64,000 nt of DNA from Acidobacteriota bacterium. Its GTDB lineage: Bacteria > Acidobacteriota > UBA890 > WLXD01. Positions 47,275 through 57,561 of this stretch are shown piece after piece. The translations under genes and the position numbers were made by a program. The stretch lies in contig CBDFKD010000002.1 in NCBI GenBank assembly GCA_965248695.1, positions 2,848,001 to 2,912,000 of the forward strand, in the 5' to 3' direction. Under the pieces are notes generated by a model, which saw nothing but the letters and a program-made list of their open reading frames with translations, did no database searches and was not told the origin of the DNA. The stretch's first letter is position 1, and each line of letters opens with the position of its first letter.

Positions 47275-47484
47275 CCTGGGGCTAAGATCCTGATACGAAC
47301 GCGGCCTGCGGCGCGCGTCGCGATCCCTGGTACATCGGCCAGACGGCGACGGTCCAGCGAGCACCCCATACCGCCGTGGGGTTCGCCGTCTAGTATTGGC
47401 GTATATGGCCGGGTCGCTGAATATTCTCGTCGTTTGCTACGGCAACCTCTTGACCTGCCCCAAGTGTTTGGGCCACTTCGTAAC

Positions 47485-48380
47485 TCATAGAATCGGTACT
47501 GGCAAGAGATTGTTGGAGCTGGCGAAGCGGAGCGTAGCCGGCTGCAACAACGTCGCTTCGGGTGCAGGCGGTCGATAGCCCAACGAGCTATGGGGCCGCA
47601 CCTGGTTGTACTGGCGGCGCCAGCGGTGCACCAAGCACTGCGCCTCCTTGAGCGTGTAGAAGATCTCGCCGTTCAGCAGCTCGTCTCGGAGCTTGCCGTT
47701 GAAGCTCTCCACATAGCCGTTTTCCCATGGCGATCCGGGCTCAATGAACAGCGTCTTCACACCGATTCGCTCGAGCCATTCACGCACTGCCCGAGAAGTG
47801 AACTCCGGTCCGTTGTCGGAGCGGATGTGATCGGCAACACCCCGGTTCACGAACAGCTCAGCGAGTCGCTCCAGCACGTTCTCGGAGTTGAGCCTGCGTG
47901 CTACATCGATTGCCAAGCACTCTCTCGTGTACTCATCCACGATCGTCAGTAGACGAAACGCTCGCCCGTCGTGAGTTCGTTCGTGCACGAAGTCATAGGC
48001 CCAGACGTGATCTTTCCTCTCCGGCCGCAGCCGCACGCACGATCCATCATTGCGCCACCAGCGTCCGCGCTTGGGCTGCTTTTTCGGTACCTTCAGCCCC
48101 TCACGACGCCATAACCGTTCGACCCTCTTGTGATTCACTCGCCACCCCTCACGTACCAACAGCGCCGTGATCCGCCGGTACCCATAGCGCCCGTACTGCG
48201 TCGCCAGCTGGGTCATCCGCTCCACCAGTGCCTTCTCCTCCTGCGGCACCTTGGGCCGATACTGCTGCGTCGAGCGCACCCGGCCCAGTACTCTGCAGGC
48301 TCGCCTCTCGGACACACCCAACGACTGCTGTGCGTGGTGCACTGCCCGGCTCCGTCGTGCCGGGCTCAGAAGTTTCCCGA
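47485..48380 (-). CDS. IS3 transposase OrfB (DDE integrase core)
   Basis: YGYRRI, WAYDF, IVDEYTRE, RSDNGPEF, ENGYVESFNGKLRDE, YNQVRPHSSL. Confidence 0.95.
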
Positions 48381-48608
48381 CGAAACCTCTTTGAGGATGG
48401 CGTTGTCGAGCATCGTCTCCGCCAGCAACTTCTTGAGCCGGCCGTTTTCCCGCTCCAGCTCCTTGACTGCTGTGCGTGGTGCACTGCCCGGCTCCGTCGT
48501 GCCGGGCTCAGAAGTTTCCCGACGAAACCTCTTTGAGGATGGCGTTGTCGAGCATCGTCTCCGCCAGCAACTTCTTGAGCCGGCCGTTTTCCCGCTCCAG
48601 CTCCTTGA
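48323..48608. repeat. Exact 142-bp tandem duplication inside the IS
   Basis: 48323..48464 equals 48465..48606, with GA microhomology at the junction. Confidence 0.95.
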
Positions 48609-48788
48609 GTCGCCGTGCCTGATCCACCCTCAGTCCACCGTACTCCTTGCGCCACCGGTAATACGTGTTCTCGCTGATTCCCAGCTTGCGGCATGCCTCC
48701 GGTGTCTTGGCCCCTTTCGCTAGCTCGATCTCTGCCTCCCTGAGCTTGGCGATGATCTGCTCTACAGTGTACCGCTTCCGCGCCCATT
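48508..48788 (-). CDS. IS3 transposase OrfA (HTH)
   Basis: RKRYTVEQII, CRKLGISENTYYRWRKEYGG, LKELERENGRLKKL; ends at the GGGAAAC slippery site. The start is approximate: the expected ATG at 48788 is one base out of frame with ARKRY. Confidence 0.85.
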
Positions 48789-48864
48789 CTTCCCCCTTCC
48801 CGAGCCATCCTGAGAGCCTCAAATCCTAACTCTCAGACTGGCCCGATTATTGGGGGGCAGGTCA

Positions 48865-49800
48865 GCCGAGCTTGACAGGGCAGGGAAGTTACCGGTCCGC
48901 TATGAAGGCACCTATCACATTTTCCTTCCCGGTCAGGAGGACGTGGCGGTCGAAGAGCTACTGCGCTTGCGCGACAGCTACGGTGGTGACCGGCTGCGCT
49001 TCAACACCATAAAGATCCACTTCGATGGTTCCAACGAGAACCGTACGGGCGCCGTGCTCCAACCGTTCAGTGACGATCCGGGAAACCGCGGCAATACGCT
49101 GTTGAGCACCGACGAGCTGCGCGATTTCCTTCTTCGTTTACACGACGCCGAGATCAACCTGCACTTACATACCGTCGGAGATCGGGCCGTCCGAATCGCG
49201 CTCGACGCAGTGGAGGCGGCCCGGGAATTGCTCAGCGGCGATCTCTACACGCGGGTCACAGTCTCCCATCTGGACATCATCGATACAGCCGACTATCCGC
49301 GCTTCAGGCAACTCGGCGTCATCGCGAGCTATACGCCGGCATGGCACGGCTTCACCGACGGCCCTGTTCCCTACGCCTTGGGTGATGAGCGATACAGCAG
49401 GACCTTGCTGACGCAACCGCTGCTGGATGACGGTGCCATTGTCACCTTTTCCAGCGATTCGGAAATGAGTCGGGCCAGCCCCTACCTGGGGATGCAGATC
49501 GCCCACAACCGCCAACACGAGAGACAAGGTGAGGCAGCCCCGATCCGACCGCCCCTGACCGAGCGGCTGGCGCTCGAGGATCTGATCAAGGGGTACACCT
49601 GGAACGGTGCCTATCAGCTGCGTATGGAGGAGCAGCTTGGCTCAATCGAGGTAGGCAAGCTCGCCGACCTGGTCGTGTTGGATCGCAACCTGTTCGAAAT
49701 CGATCGCTACGAGATCCATGAGGTTCGACCCGAAGCGGTCATCATGGAAGGCGAGATCATCAGGGGAAGCTTGGACGGTGGCCCGGAGATGAGACCATAG
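48865..49800 (+). pseudogene. 5'-truncated YtcJ-like amidohydrolase (Amidohydro_3)
   Basis: Begins at the IS end; KIHFDG, HLHTVGDRA, GSIEVGKLADLVVLD; aligns to the C-terminal half of 52047..53879. Confidence 0.88.
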
Positions 49801-50009
49801 CCGCAGCTTCGGCTTCACGCGCGCCTTGCGGGACCGCCCGGTGGCGTCGACGACGATGTCGATCAGCTCGTCGGGGGCCACGGCCAGCGAATCCCCAGCC
49901 ACCACGTCGCTCATCGAAGCCGCTCCAGCTCCTCGTTTCAGATGCCCCTCGATGGCTGACGACCGACAAGCTCGGAAGCTATGGGGCCGCGCACAGAAGT
50001 GTGATGCCC

Positions 50010-50225
50010 TGTTCAAATCCGCTGCTCAGGCGCAGCGGTTCTTGGCGGTGCGTGGCCTCGTTCGCAATCTCTTCGACCTAAGTCGGCACCGATTACGAGC
50101 AGCGGACTATCGGACGCTTCGAGGGCGCGCTTTTGCGGCTTGGGTCGAGGTCGCGGCTGACTGAGAAAGGCCAGCTCGATGCCAAGCAGTCTGACCTGAT
50201 CTCGAGGCGACGAAGTTGACGTGCC
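50010..50225 (+). mobile_element. IS6-family remnant (transposase C-terminus and right end)
   Basis: FKSAAQAQRFL...NLF...RHRL.AADYR.LR.RAF..W; ends AAGTTGACGTGCC (reverse complement GGCACGTCAACTT, IS6-type GGCAC end). Confidence 0.75.
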
Positions 50226-50272
50226 AGTGCCGGATAGATGGATCGCTCAGCCCGCGAGCTTACTGGACAACG

Positions 50273-51874
50273 CTACTGTTCTCTAAAGGCTGGTTTGACT
50301 CTTGCCTCCTCCTCCCACTGTTCACCGTAAAGAGACTTGAAAACTTGAACCTGGTCGGTCGATCCTTTTACAGTGCCGCCCCGCCAAAGGTCGTACTCGA
50401 CATCAGAATAGGTGTCGAAGAACGCGGTGAGCTTTCCATCTAGTTCCGAAACCACTTCGGCGTAGCCGGGAGTCCCGAATAGATCGTGCATTTGCTCCGG
50501 ATCTGCTTGTATATCGTAGAGCTCATGCTCACCCGTACCTTTGAGCCGTTTCCAATATGAATAACGATCGGTTCTGATTGCACGAGTTGCCCCTTCTTCC
50601 ATATACACGGCATCGGCCCATGCCTCGAGCTTCCTCCCTTCCAGGTGTCCGGCAAAACTCCTTCCAGGGGAGTTGGCTATTTCCACATCCCCAAACCCAG
50701 CCAGATCAAGAATTGTGGGCATAAGGTCGTATTGCCCAACGAGCAGATCACTTACTTGCTCTGTGTTAATGGTGCCTGGATAGCGAGCAATGAACGGTAT
50801 GTTCATCGGGGTATCGTAGAGGCTCGCTGGAAATGTGCCAGCGGTATGGCCCCAAAGACCATGTTGTCCGAAGAAGTTTCCCTGATCACTCGTGTAAATC
50901 ACTAACGTGTCTTCTTCGAGTCCGGTTTCCTTCAGTGCTGTCAATAGACGGCCGACACCATCGTCCACCATCGTATTTTGTGACGCTACATTGGCCATTG
51001 ATGCTTGGTCGTTATGCATGCGAGCCAAGCTGTCGTACCATCCGGAGTAGGGTGGCGTTAACCGCTCGAGTATCCTGTCGCTGACCCTGTTTCTGGGAAA
51101 CGAAGGAAACTCTTTGCCCTTGTAGTATTCATAATGCGGGTTCCTGGCGGGACCGAGGTTCGTTGGTGGTTGCATATAAGGACCGTTGAAGGTAACCAGC
51201 AGGAAGAAGGGCCTCTGGTGATCATAGTTCTCCAAGTATGCGACTGCTTTGTCGGCAAAGAACTCGACACTGTGCTTATCCTCTAGTCTGTATGTTCTGC
51301 TGTTGTCATTGATTTCATTGGACCAGAAATCGACCGTATGGCCCAAATTGAACGTCACCCAATAATCGAACCAGTCGTCCGGCGGACGTGGCTGGCCTAG
51401 GTGCCATTTACCGATTAATGATGTCTGGTATCCTCGATTCTTTAGTGTATGCGGTAATGTTCTATACTCTCCGATCGCATTCCAGTCTTCGGGCCAATTC
51501 TCCATCTTTCCGTCATCTAGCCAGTCGTGAACGCCGTGTTGAGAAGGTACAAGCCCGGTCAGCAGTGTGGCACGTGTTGGAGAACAATATCCGTGCACGG
51601 CGAAAACACGCGTAAGACGTATTCCTTCGTTGGCTAGTCGATCGATATTGGGCGTCCTGACATCCGGATTTCCATAAGCCCCCAGGATCGAGGCGGGCTG
51701 GTTGTCGACCACTATGTAGAGAATGTTTGGCCTGACTTGCGCTCCTGCGGACATTGCAGAAGAAACTTGTGGTCCTGCGGCTATTGCAGAAGAGAGGAGG
51801 AGTAGGGAGGTAAACAAATAAGGCTTCCTATGAGTGCTGATACCACGAATCGTTGCCAACACGTGACCCTGCAT
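50273..51874 (-). CDS. Secreted Cys-type sulfatase
   Basis: Signal-like N-terminus, PNIL, TPNIDRLA, CSPTRATLLTG, GKWHLG, TSDQG; visibly lower GC than its flanks. Confidence 0.92.
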   Translation of the reverse strand: MQGHVLATIRGISTHRKPYLFTSLLLLSSAIAAGPQVSSAMSAGAQVRPNILYIVVDNQPASILGAYGNPDVRTPNIDRLANEGIRLTRVFAVHGYCSPTRATLLTGLVPSQHGVHDWLDDGKMENWPEDWNAIGEYRTLPHTLKNRGYQTSLIGKWHLGQPRPPDDWFDYWVTFNLGHTVDFWSNEINDNSRTYRLEDKHSVEFFADKAVAYLENYDHQRPFFLLVTFNGPYMQPPTNLGPARNPHYEYYKGKEFPSFPRNRVSDRILERLTPPYSGWYDSLARMHNDQASMANVASQNTMVDDGVGRLLTALKETGLEEDTLVIYTSDQGNFFGQHGLWGHTAGTFPASLYDTPMNIPFIARYPGTINTEQVSDLLVGQYDLMPTILDLAGFGDVEIANSPGRSFAGHLEGRKLEAWADAVYMEEGATRAIRTDRYSYWKRLKGTGEHELYDIQADPEQMHDLFGTPGYAEVVSELDGKLTAFFDTYSDVEYDLWRGGTVKGSTDQVQVFKSLYGEQWEEEARVKPAFREQ

Positions 51875-51956
51875 AATCAGTTCCTCCGCAATGTGTATTC
51901 CAGCGCGGTAACCTTTAGCAGGCCGTGGTGGAAGTGTGGTGGCCCGTAGAGGTTGT

Positions 51957-52032
51957 TGACCTGACCCCGCGGTTAGTACCACGTCTTATCTCAGTAACTC
52001 GGTGCTGACAAGAGGTTGTTGCGGCCGGCTTC
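51957..52032 (-). mobile_element. IS3-family right-end remnant
   Basis: TGACCTGACCCCGCGG...; near-identical to 59002.. and homologous to 47451.. Confidence 0.75.
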
Positions 52033-52046
52033 CCTGGATCCTCTGG

Positions 52047-53879
52047 CTACTGCTCTATGGCCGGCGGCGACGCAACCGGTAGCTCGCCGTGCACCAGCAC
52101 GCCTTCCATCATCACCGCCGTAGGCTGCAACTCGGGGATATCGGCGGGATCGAGCGTGAAGAGGTCCTCGTCGAGCACCACCAGGTCGGCGAGCTTGCCG
52201 ACCTCGAGTGAGCCAACGCGGTCCTCCATGCGAAACGGATAGGCGCCATCGATGGTGAAACCGCGCACGATCGTGCGTAGATCCATGCGCTCGGTCGCCG
52301 GCGGTCGAGGGCTCGCGCCCTCGCCCCCGGGCACCTCCCGCGTATGGGCACCGTGCATGTTCAGATACGGGCTGATGAATGCAAGCCGCCAGTCGTCGCT
52401 CGAGAAGGTCACGCGGCCGCCGGCATCGAATAGCGACTTGGCCATGTAGATCCGCGTTGCCCGCTTCGGGCCCAGCGCCTGCAGCTCTGTCTCTTCGGGG
52501 TACGCAGCGCCGACGCCGAACCACCAGGCCGTGAGGTTGGCGGAGACGTCGAGTGTCGCCAGGCGCGGCATGTCAGCGCGATCGATGACCTGGACGTGCG
52601 ACAGCGTGACACGCGGGTACAGCTGTCCCGAGACTGCCGCCCTCGCCGCCTCCACAGCGTCGAGCGCGGTGCGAACGGCGCTGTCGCCGATGGTGTGCAA
52701 GTGCAGGTCGAGCTGCGCCTCGTGCAGCTCGAGCAGGAAGTCGCGCAGCTCGGCGACCGACAACAGGGTGTTGCCGGCGAAGCTGGGATCATGAGCGTAG
52801 GGCTCGAGCAAAGCGCCAGAGTGGTTCGAGAAAATGCCGTCCATGAACAGCTTCACCGTACGAAACCGCAGCCGCTCGCCGCCGTACTGCCGCTGTAGCC
52901 GACGCATCTCCTGCACTGCCTGAGCGCGGCGCTCGGGGACGAACACCTGATAGGTGCCCTCGTAGCGCAGCGGCAGCCTCCCGTCGCGTTCGAGACGGGC
53001 CAGCAGGCCGTAGACCTGGTCCTCGTAGCCGAAATTGCCACCGTCGTAGACCGTCGTGACGCCGTTCTCCAGCAGCGTCTGCAGAAACGCCACCACGGAG
53101 GCCTCGTGCACTTCGGTATCGACGTCGAACTGCGAAGCCAGGTGCTGCCAGCCTGCACCCTCCTTGACCCAACCGGTGGGAACACCGTCAGCGTCGCGAG
53201 CGTACGTGGCGAGCCCGGGTCGCGGATCGGGGGTGCTGGCGTCGATCCCGAGCACCTCCAGCGCCTTCGAGTTCAGCCAGTTGCTGTGCCAGGAGCCGCT
53301 GCCGATCCACACGGGCCGATCTGCAACGATGCGGTCGAGGTCCCGTCGGTGCGGCCCGCTGGACCCGTCGACGAATAGCCCGTTGGGCCAGCAGCAAAGT
53401 CGGATCCACCCCTCCCCTGGATGGCTCTCGACGTAGTTGCGCAGAGATTCGAGGAACTCCTCGCGGCTGGAACCGCCGACGGACCCGTCGTAGTCCTCGA
53501 GGTTGATGTAACCCGGATGCGTGTGACCGTCGATGAGGCCCGGGATTACCAGACGGCCCGCCAGATCGACCGTGCGCGTCGCGTCCGACACGAAGGCCGC
53601 AGCGCCGGCGTCGTCCCCGACGTAGACGATCTCGTCGCCTTCGATCGCGACCGCAGTAGCCGACGGGTTGCCGTCGTTCATCGTCACGATGTCGCCGCCG
53701 GTGAGCACCCAGTCGGCGACGGTGTGGGATCCACCACTCCCCTGGTCCCCGGCGTCGCAGCTCGCCGTCAGCGCGATCGTTCCCACGAGAGCCAACAGGA
53801 GGCTACAGAGGGTCGCGCCGCGGGCTCGGCTAATTCCGTGGCCCCTCGCCAACATGCCGATCTGATCCCACTCCTTCAA
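52047..53879 (-). CDS. YtcJ-like amidohydrolase, putative lipoprotein
   Basis: LTASC lipobox, PGLIDGHTH, KLFMDG, HTIGD, GSLEVGKLADLVVLD. Confidence 0.92.
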   Translation of the reverse strand: MKEWDQIGMLARGHGISRARGATLCSLLLALVGTIALTASCDAGDQGSGGSHTVADWVLTGGDIVTMNDGNPSATAVAIEGDEIVYVGDDAGAAAFVSDATRTVDLAGRLVIPGLIDGHTHPGYINLEDYDGSVGGSSREEFLESLRNYVESHPGEGWIRLCCWPNGLFVDGSSGPHRRDLDRIVADRPVWIGSGSWHSNWLNSKALEVLGIDASTPDPRPGLATYARDADGVPTGWVKEGAGWQHLASQFDVDTEVHEASVVAFLQTLLENGVTTVYDGGNFGYEDQVYGLLARLERDGRLPLRYEGTYQVFVPERRAQAVQEMRRLQRQYGGERLRFRTVKLFMDGIFSNHSGALLEPYAHDPSFAGNTLLSVAELRDFLLELHEAQLDLHLHTIGDSAVRTALDAVEAARAAVSGQLYPRVTLSHVQVIDRADMPRLATLDVSANLTAWWFGVGAAYPEETELQALGPKRATRIYMAKSLFDAGGRVTFSSDDWRLAFISPYLNMHGAHTREVPGGEGASPRPPATERMDLRTIVRGFTIDGAYPFRMEDRVGSLEVGKLADLVVLDEDLFTLDPADIPELQPTAVMMEGVLVHGELPVASPPAIEQ

Positions 53880-55861
53880 GTGCGCTCGACCCAGGGATAT
53901 TGGAACTCGGGCCGGATGACGTCGGTGATCAGCTCTTGGACCGCACGGTGCGCCTGGTCGAACGCCGCCTGGGTCAGACAGCTCGCGGCCGCGTCGGAGT
54001 TGGCGATGGCGATCCGTCCGAACCGCTTGCGACCCACTACCCAGGGAGCCTCGTCGTACCCCCAGTCGGGGTCGAAGAGCTCATTGCCCGCTCCCGCGTA
54101 CCCATGGGGCCAGCGGTTGACGAAGATGGCATCGATGTCCCGGGCTGGATCGAAGCCCCCCTCCCCAAGGGCACGATCAAGTTGATCCCTGATGCCACGC
54201 TCGAACGTCTCGAACGACATGGCCAGGAGCTCCTCCCGTGAGGCCCGCCACTGGTCCCGTACGGGGAGCCCGGGAACGATCGGAGATCCCCAAAGCCCTA
54301 CAATGGCCGGTTCGTCGGGCGATTGGGCGGTCTGGTAATCCCCGAAGCTGTTGCTGTAGGTGTCGATACCAACAGCTTCGAAGTACGCGCCCGGGAAATG
54401 GATGCTCCGCACACCGAGCCGCTCGAACGCTCGCCAGTTGCGAACCACGACGTTGGCCGCAACGAAGGGTCGGCGCACCGCCATGTGCAGGTTCTCTTTC
54501 TGCTCCTCGGGCAGCTCGGGACACAGATACGGGATCACCGAGTTGTAACACGCCATCACGCAGGTGCCCCCGCGCACGCGATGCGCCTGGCCGTCCTGGA
54601 CGTAGGTCACATCCACCGCTCTCGCCTTTGCCCGATCGCCGACATGGTGAGCGTTGATCACCGTGCTGTTGAGACGGATGCGCACGTCGTTTTGTGCCCG
54701 GTCGAGGGTCGAGTACCGGACCCGCGTCGACACCGAATCGTTCATCGTCTCGCCCGGTAGCGAACCGGGAATCAACCAGCGCACGAGCAGCCGAGCGATG
54801 CCCGCATTTCCGTCGGGGAAGTGCATGCCATCGAACGGATTCTCCAGCCCCGGGAACCCGTCTCTCGGCGGCCGCTTCCCGAGCCCGAGGCCCTGCAGCC
54901 CGGGCAAGCTGCTGTACCGGTACGCAGCCCATCCGCTCATCGTCTCGATACCGGCGATGCCATTGCCGTCTGGGGCGCGGCGCTTGAAGAAGGGAATCAC
55001 GTCCGGGTGGACGCCGACGACACCCAGCACATAGTCCTGGTAGCTCATCTTGCGGAGCCGAGCGATCTTCTCCTCCACGGACAATCCGGGGAAGTAATCC
55101 TCGTGCGTCTGGTACAGCCTGGCGATGCCCTCGCGCGCGTTATCCGAGAGTGGCGTCTTCTGAAGCCATTCGGTCCACGCCTCCGGCTCGTTCGATCCGG
55201 GTTCTCCTACGACCAGCCGATCCTCACCGAAAGTCTCCTCGTCGAACAGGATCGCACTGCCCAATCCCATGGCTCGCGCCGGGTGGTTGTTACCCACGTT
55301 TGCACGCTTGTACACCTCGGCATCGAGACCGATGTCGTGCATCAACTCGAGGCCTTCGTACGTGTAGGCGCCCGTGATGTACGTCGTGCCGCCCCAGGCG
55401 AGGACCTGGCGCCCGTCGACCACGTGCTCGTTCCGCTTCGCGTGCCCTCCGAAGTCGTCGTGGTTATCCAGAATCAGGACCCGAGCCTCCGGCATCGCCT
55501 TGCGGAAGTAGTAGGCCGCCCCGAGACCGCTCAACCCGCCACCCACCACGATCAGGTCGTACTCTTCCCCGGTTTCTTGCGGGTCGTCCCACGTCTCGCC
55601 GATACGCATGCCATGAGCGACCTCGAACGACCCCGGGTGGCTGCCCCGCATACCCGTACGTGTCGGCGGGTAGTAGGTCTCCTGGCTCGCAGCTTGATCG
55701 ACAACTGGAGATGCGGCCGGCGCCGGCCGGGCATCGCGCCCCTGCGCCCCCACATCGCCCGGTACGAGGACCGCTCCGGCGATCGCGACGCTCGTTCCGC
55801 CCACGAAGTCGCGACGGGTGATGTCCCGGTTCATGCCCAACTCACGATCGCTCTTCTTCAT
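53876..55861 (-). CDS. Tat-exported FAD oxidoreductase, spermidine dehydrogenase (SpdH)-like
   Basis: DRELGM.R.ITRRDF, YYPP..TGMRGSHPGSFE, VVGGGLSG, DNHDDFGGHAKRNE, HFPDGNA, NRWPHGYA, IANSD. Confidence 0.85.
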   Translation of the reverse strand: MKKSDRELGMNRDITRRDFVGGTSVAIAGAVLVPGDVGAQGRDARPAPAASPVVDQAASQETYYPPTRTGMRGSHPGSFEVAHGMRIGETWDDPQETGEEYDLIVVGGGLSGLGAAYYFRKAMPEARVLILDNHDDFGGHAKRNEHVVDGRQVLAWGGTTYITGAYTYEGLELMHDIGLDAEVYKRANVGNNHPARAMGLGSAILFDEETFGEDRLVVGEPGSNEPEAWTEWLQKTPLSDNAREGIARLYQTHEDYFPGLSVEEKIARLRKMSYQDYVLGVVGVHPDVIPFFKRRAPDGNGIAGIETMSGWAAYRYSSLPGLQGLGLGKRPPRDGFPGLENPFDGMHFPDGNAGIARLLVRWLIPGSLPGETMNDSVSTRVRYSTLDRAQNDVRIRLNSTVINAHHVGDRAKARAVDVTYVQDGQAHRVRGGTCVMACYNSVIPYLCPELPEEQKENLHMAVRRPFVAANVVVRNWRAFERLGVRSIHFPGAYFEAVGIDTYSNSFGDYQTAQSPDEPAIVGLWGSPIVPGLPVRDQWRASREELLAMSFETFERGIRDQLDRALGEGGFDPARDIDAIFVNRWPHGYAGAGNELFDPDWGYDEAPWVVGRKRFGRIAIANSDAAASCLTQAAFDQAHRAVQELITDVIRPEFQYPWVERT

Positions 55862-56138
55862 TTCATGTCTCCTCGAGCGTCAGGGTGTGGGCAGTGAGAC
55901 AGCGCCGCTGACGCGGTGATCGAAGGATTCCCTTGACACACAGCTGTAGCAGTCTGCCGTAGCCAGGCGATCCCAGTCCACCTCGATGCCCCGAGGGATC
56001 CGGACCGAGTCGCGAGGCGGCCGACGACCCGGGCTTCGTTGCTAGGGTCGGCGCCCCGTTGAAAGGCCATCTGAGCCAGCGGTAAAGTACCGACACGCAG
56101 GGATACGGTACTGCTGAGCGTACATCCGCGCCAAGAGC

Positions 56139-57470
56139 ATGGAGAACGAGATGAGCAAGAGGGAAACTGGCCCCACCTCGACCCGCCGCGACCTGGCCCG
56201 CACCGCCGTCGTCGCATACGCCGCCGCCGCCATGGGCGTGCCGAGGAACCTGCTGGCGCGCGCGATTCGGGATCCAGGGCAGATGGGCGGTGGGAATTCG
56301 GCCGCAGCGCCGTTTCTGAGAGACACGATCGACGCGAAGTACTACACGGACGAAGAGCGCTACCTGATCGATGAGCGCCTGGTAGCCGACCATTTCTGGC
56401 AGATGGTCGATCACGAGAGCAGGATTCCCAATGCGGGCGATTTCTTCGTGTTCGAGTACGGCCGCTCCGAGAGCATCCTGATCGTGCGCGGGCGGGACAA
56501 CGAAGTCCGCGGCTTCTACAACGTGTGCCGCCACCGCGGTTCGCGCCTGTGTCGTCACGATGCGGATCCGATCCCTGGGGATCCGCGCCTGTCGGTCAAG
56601 CAACTCAGCCAGTCGGGCAGCTCGCCGGTGTTCCGCTGCCCGTATCACGCCTGGACGTACGACACCGAAGGCAGCCTGATCTATGCCTACGGCATGCAGG
56701 AGGACTTCGACCCGGCGGACAACGGTTTGATCCCCTGCCACCTGCGCATCGCGGACGGCATGATCTTCGTGAACCTGTCGCGTGAGCCGGAGCCGCCGGA
56801 GTTCGAATCGGCGATCGAGCCCTTCCGCACCCAGGTGGGCAAGCGCCACGGAACGGCGGACCTGAAGGTCGGCGCACGTGTCTACGTGCCGATGCACGCC
56901 AACTGGAAGCTGGCGCTGGAGAACTTCCTGGAGTGCTACCACTGCGGGCCGTCGCACGAAACCCTGTGCCACGTCTATCCGAGCTGGGACATGGCGCTGT
57001 CGGGAGAGCAGCAAGCCGGGCTCCGGTCCGGGTTCGTCACCGGCACGATGGACGGCAAGCCGGCGGCGCCGTTGCTGCCGATCTTCGAGGGCGTCGGCCG
57101 CCAGGGCACGTCGTCCGAGACGGCGACGGGTTGGTCGACGGGCTACTGGCTCGGGTATGACGACTACGTCTTCACGGTGAGGTTCACGCCGCGGGACATC
57201 AAGCTCACCGACGTGGAGTGCACGTGGCTCGTCCATCCGGACGCGAGGGAGGGCGTCGACTACGACCCGGAGAGGGTCAAGGAAGTGTGGTACGTCACGC
57301 TCCTGGAGGACATCTGGGTGTGCGAGAACAACCACGAGGGCGTTCTCTCCGGCGGCTACCTGCCTGGGCGCTATGCCACCCACGAGATCGGCACCATTCT
57401 GCCGGCGAACTTCGCCCACTGGTACATGAGCGCCGTGGAGGGAGACGTGGGCCGCGTGATGCCGTACTGA
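56139..57470 (+). CDS. Rieske non-heme iron oxygenase alpha subunit (GbcA/choline monooxygenase-like)
   Basis: CRHRG...CPYHAWTY, ANWKLALENFLECYHC..H, EDIWVCE. Confidence 0.92.
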   Translation: MENEMSKRETGPTSTRRDLARTAVVAYAAAAMGVPRNLLARAIRDPGQMGGGNSAAAPFLRDTIDAKYYTDEERYLIDERLVADHFWQMVDHESRIPNAGDFFVFEYGRSESILIVRGRDNEVRGFYNVCRHRGSRLCRHDADPIPGDPRLSVKQLSQSGSSPVFRCPYHAWTYDTEGSLIYAYGMQEDFDPADNGLIPCHLRIADGMIFVNLSREPEPPEFESAIEPFRTQVGKRHGTADLKVGARVYVPMHANWKLALENFLECYHCGPSHETLCHVYPSWDMALSGEQQAGLRSGFVTGTMDGKPAAPLLPIFEGVGRQGTSSETATGWSTGYWLGYDDYVFTVRFTPRDIKLTDVECTWLVHPDAREGVDYDPERVKEVWYVTLLEDIWVCENNHEGVLSGGYLPGRYATHEIGTILPANFAHWYMSAVEGDVGRVMPY

Positions 57471-57561
57471 CAGATCGCGACTCCTCGAGATCGCGCAGGC
57501 GATCGAGCGCTGGCGCCGGGGTAACGGCCGGTTTGGCGCGACCGTGCTTGCGAACGGCGGG

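Larger units (their letters stand above)
47451..48864 (-). mobile_element. IS3-family insertion sequence (IS407-group-like), with internal duplication
   Basis: Terminal inverted repeats TGACCTGCCCC...GGGCCA at both ends; orfA and orfB; flanks CTCT and GCCG show no target-site duplication. Confidence 0.95.

Noticed and set aside
48323-48608. CRISPR-like repeat
   Set aside because: Two adjacent 142-bp copies without spacers, inside a transposase; no cas genes.
49800-50010. Fragment IDIVVDATG resembling a dehydrogenase piece
   Set aside because: Too short and degenerate to support a call.
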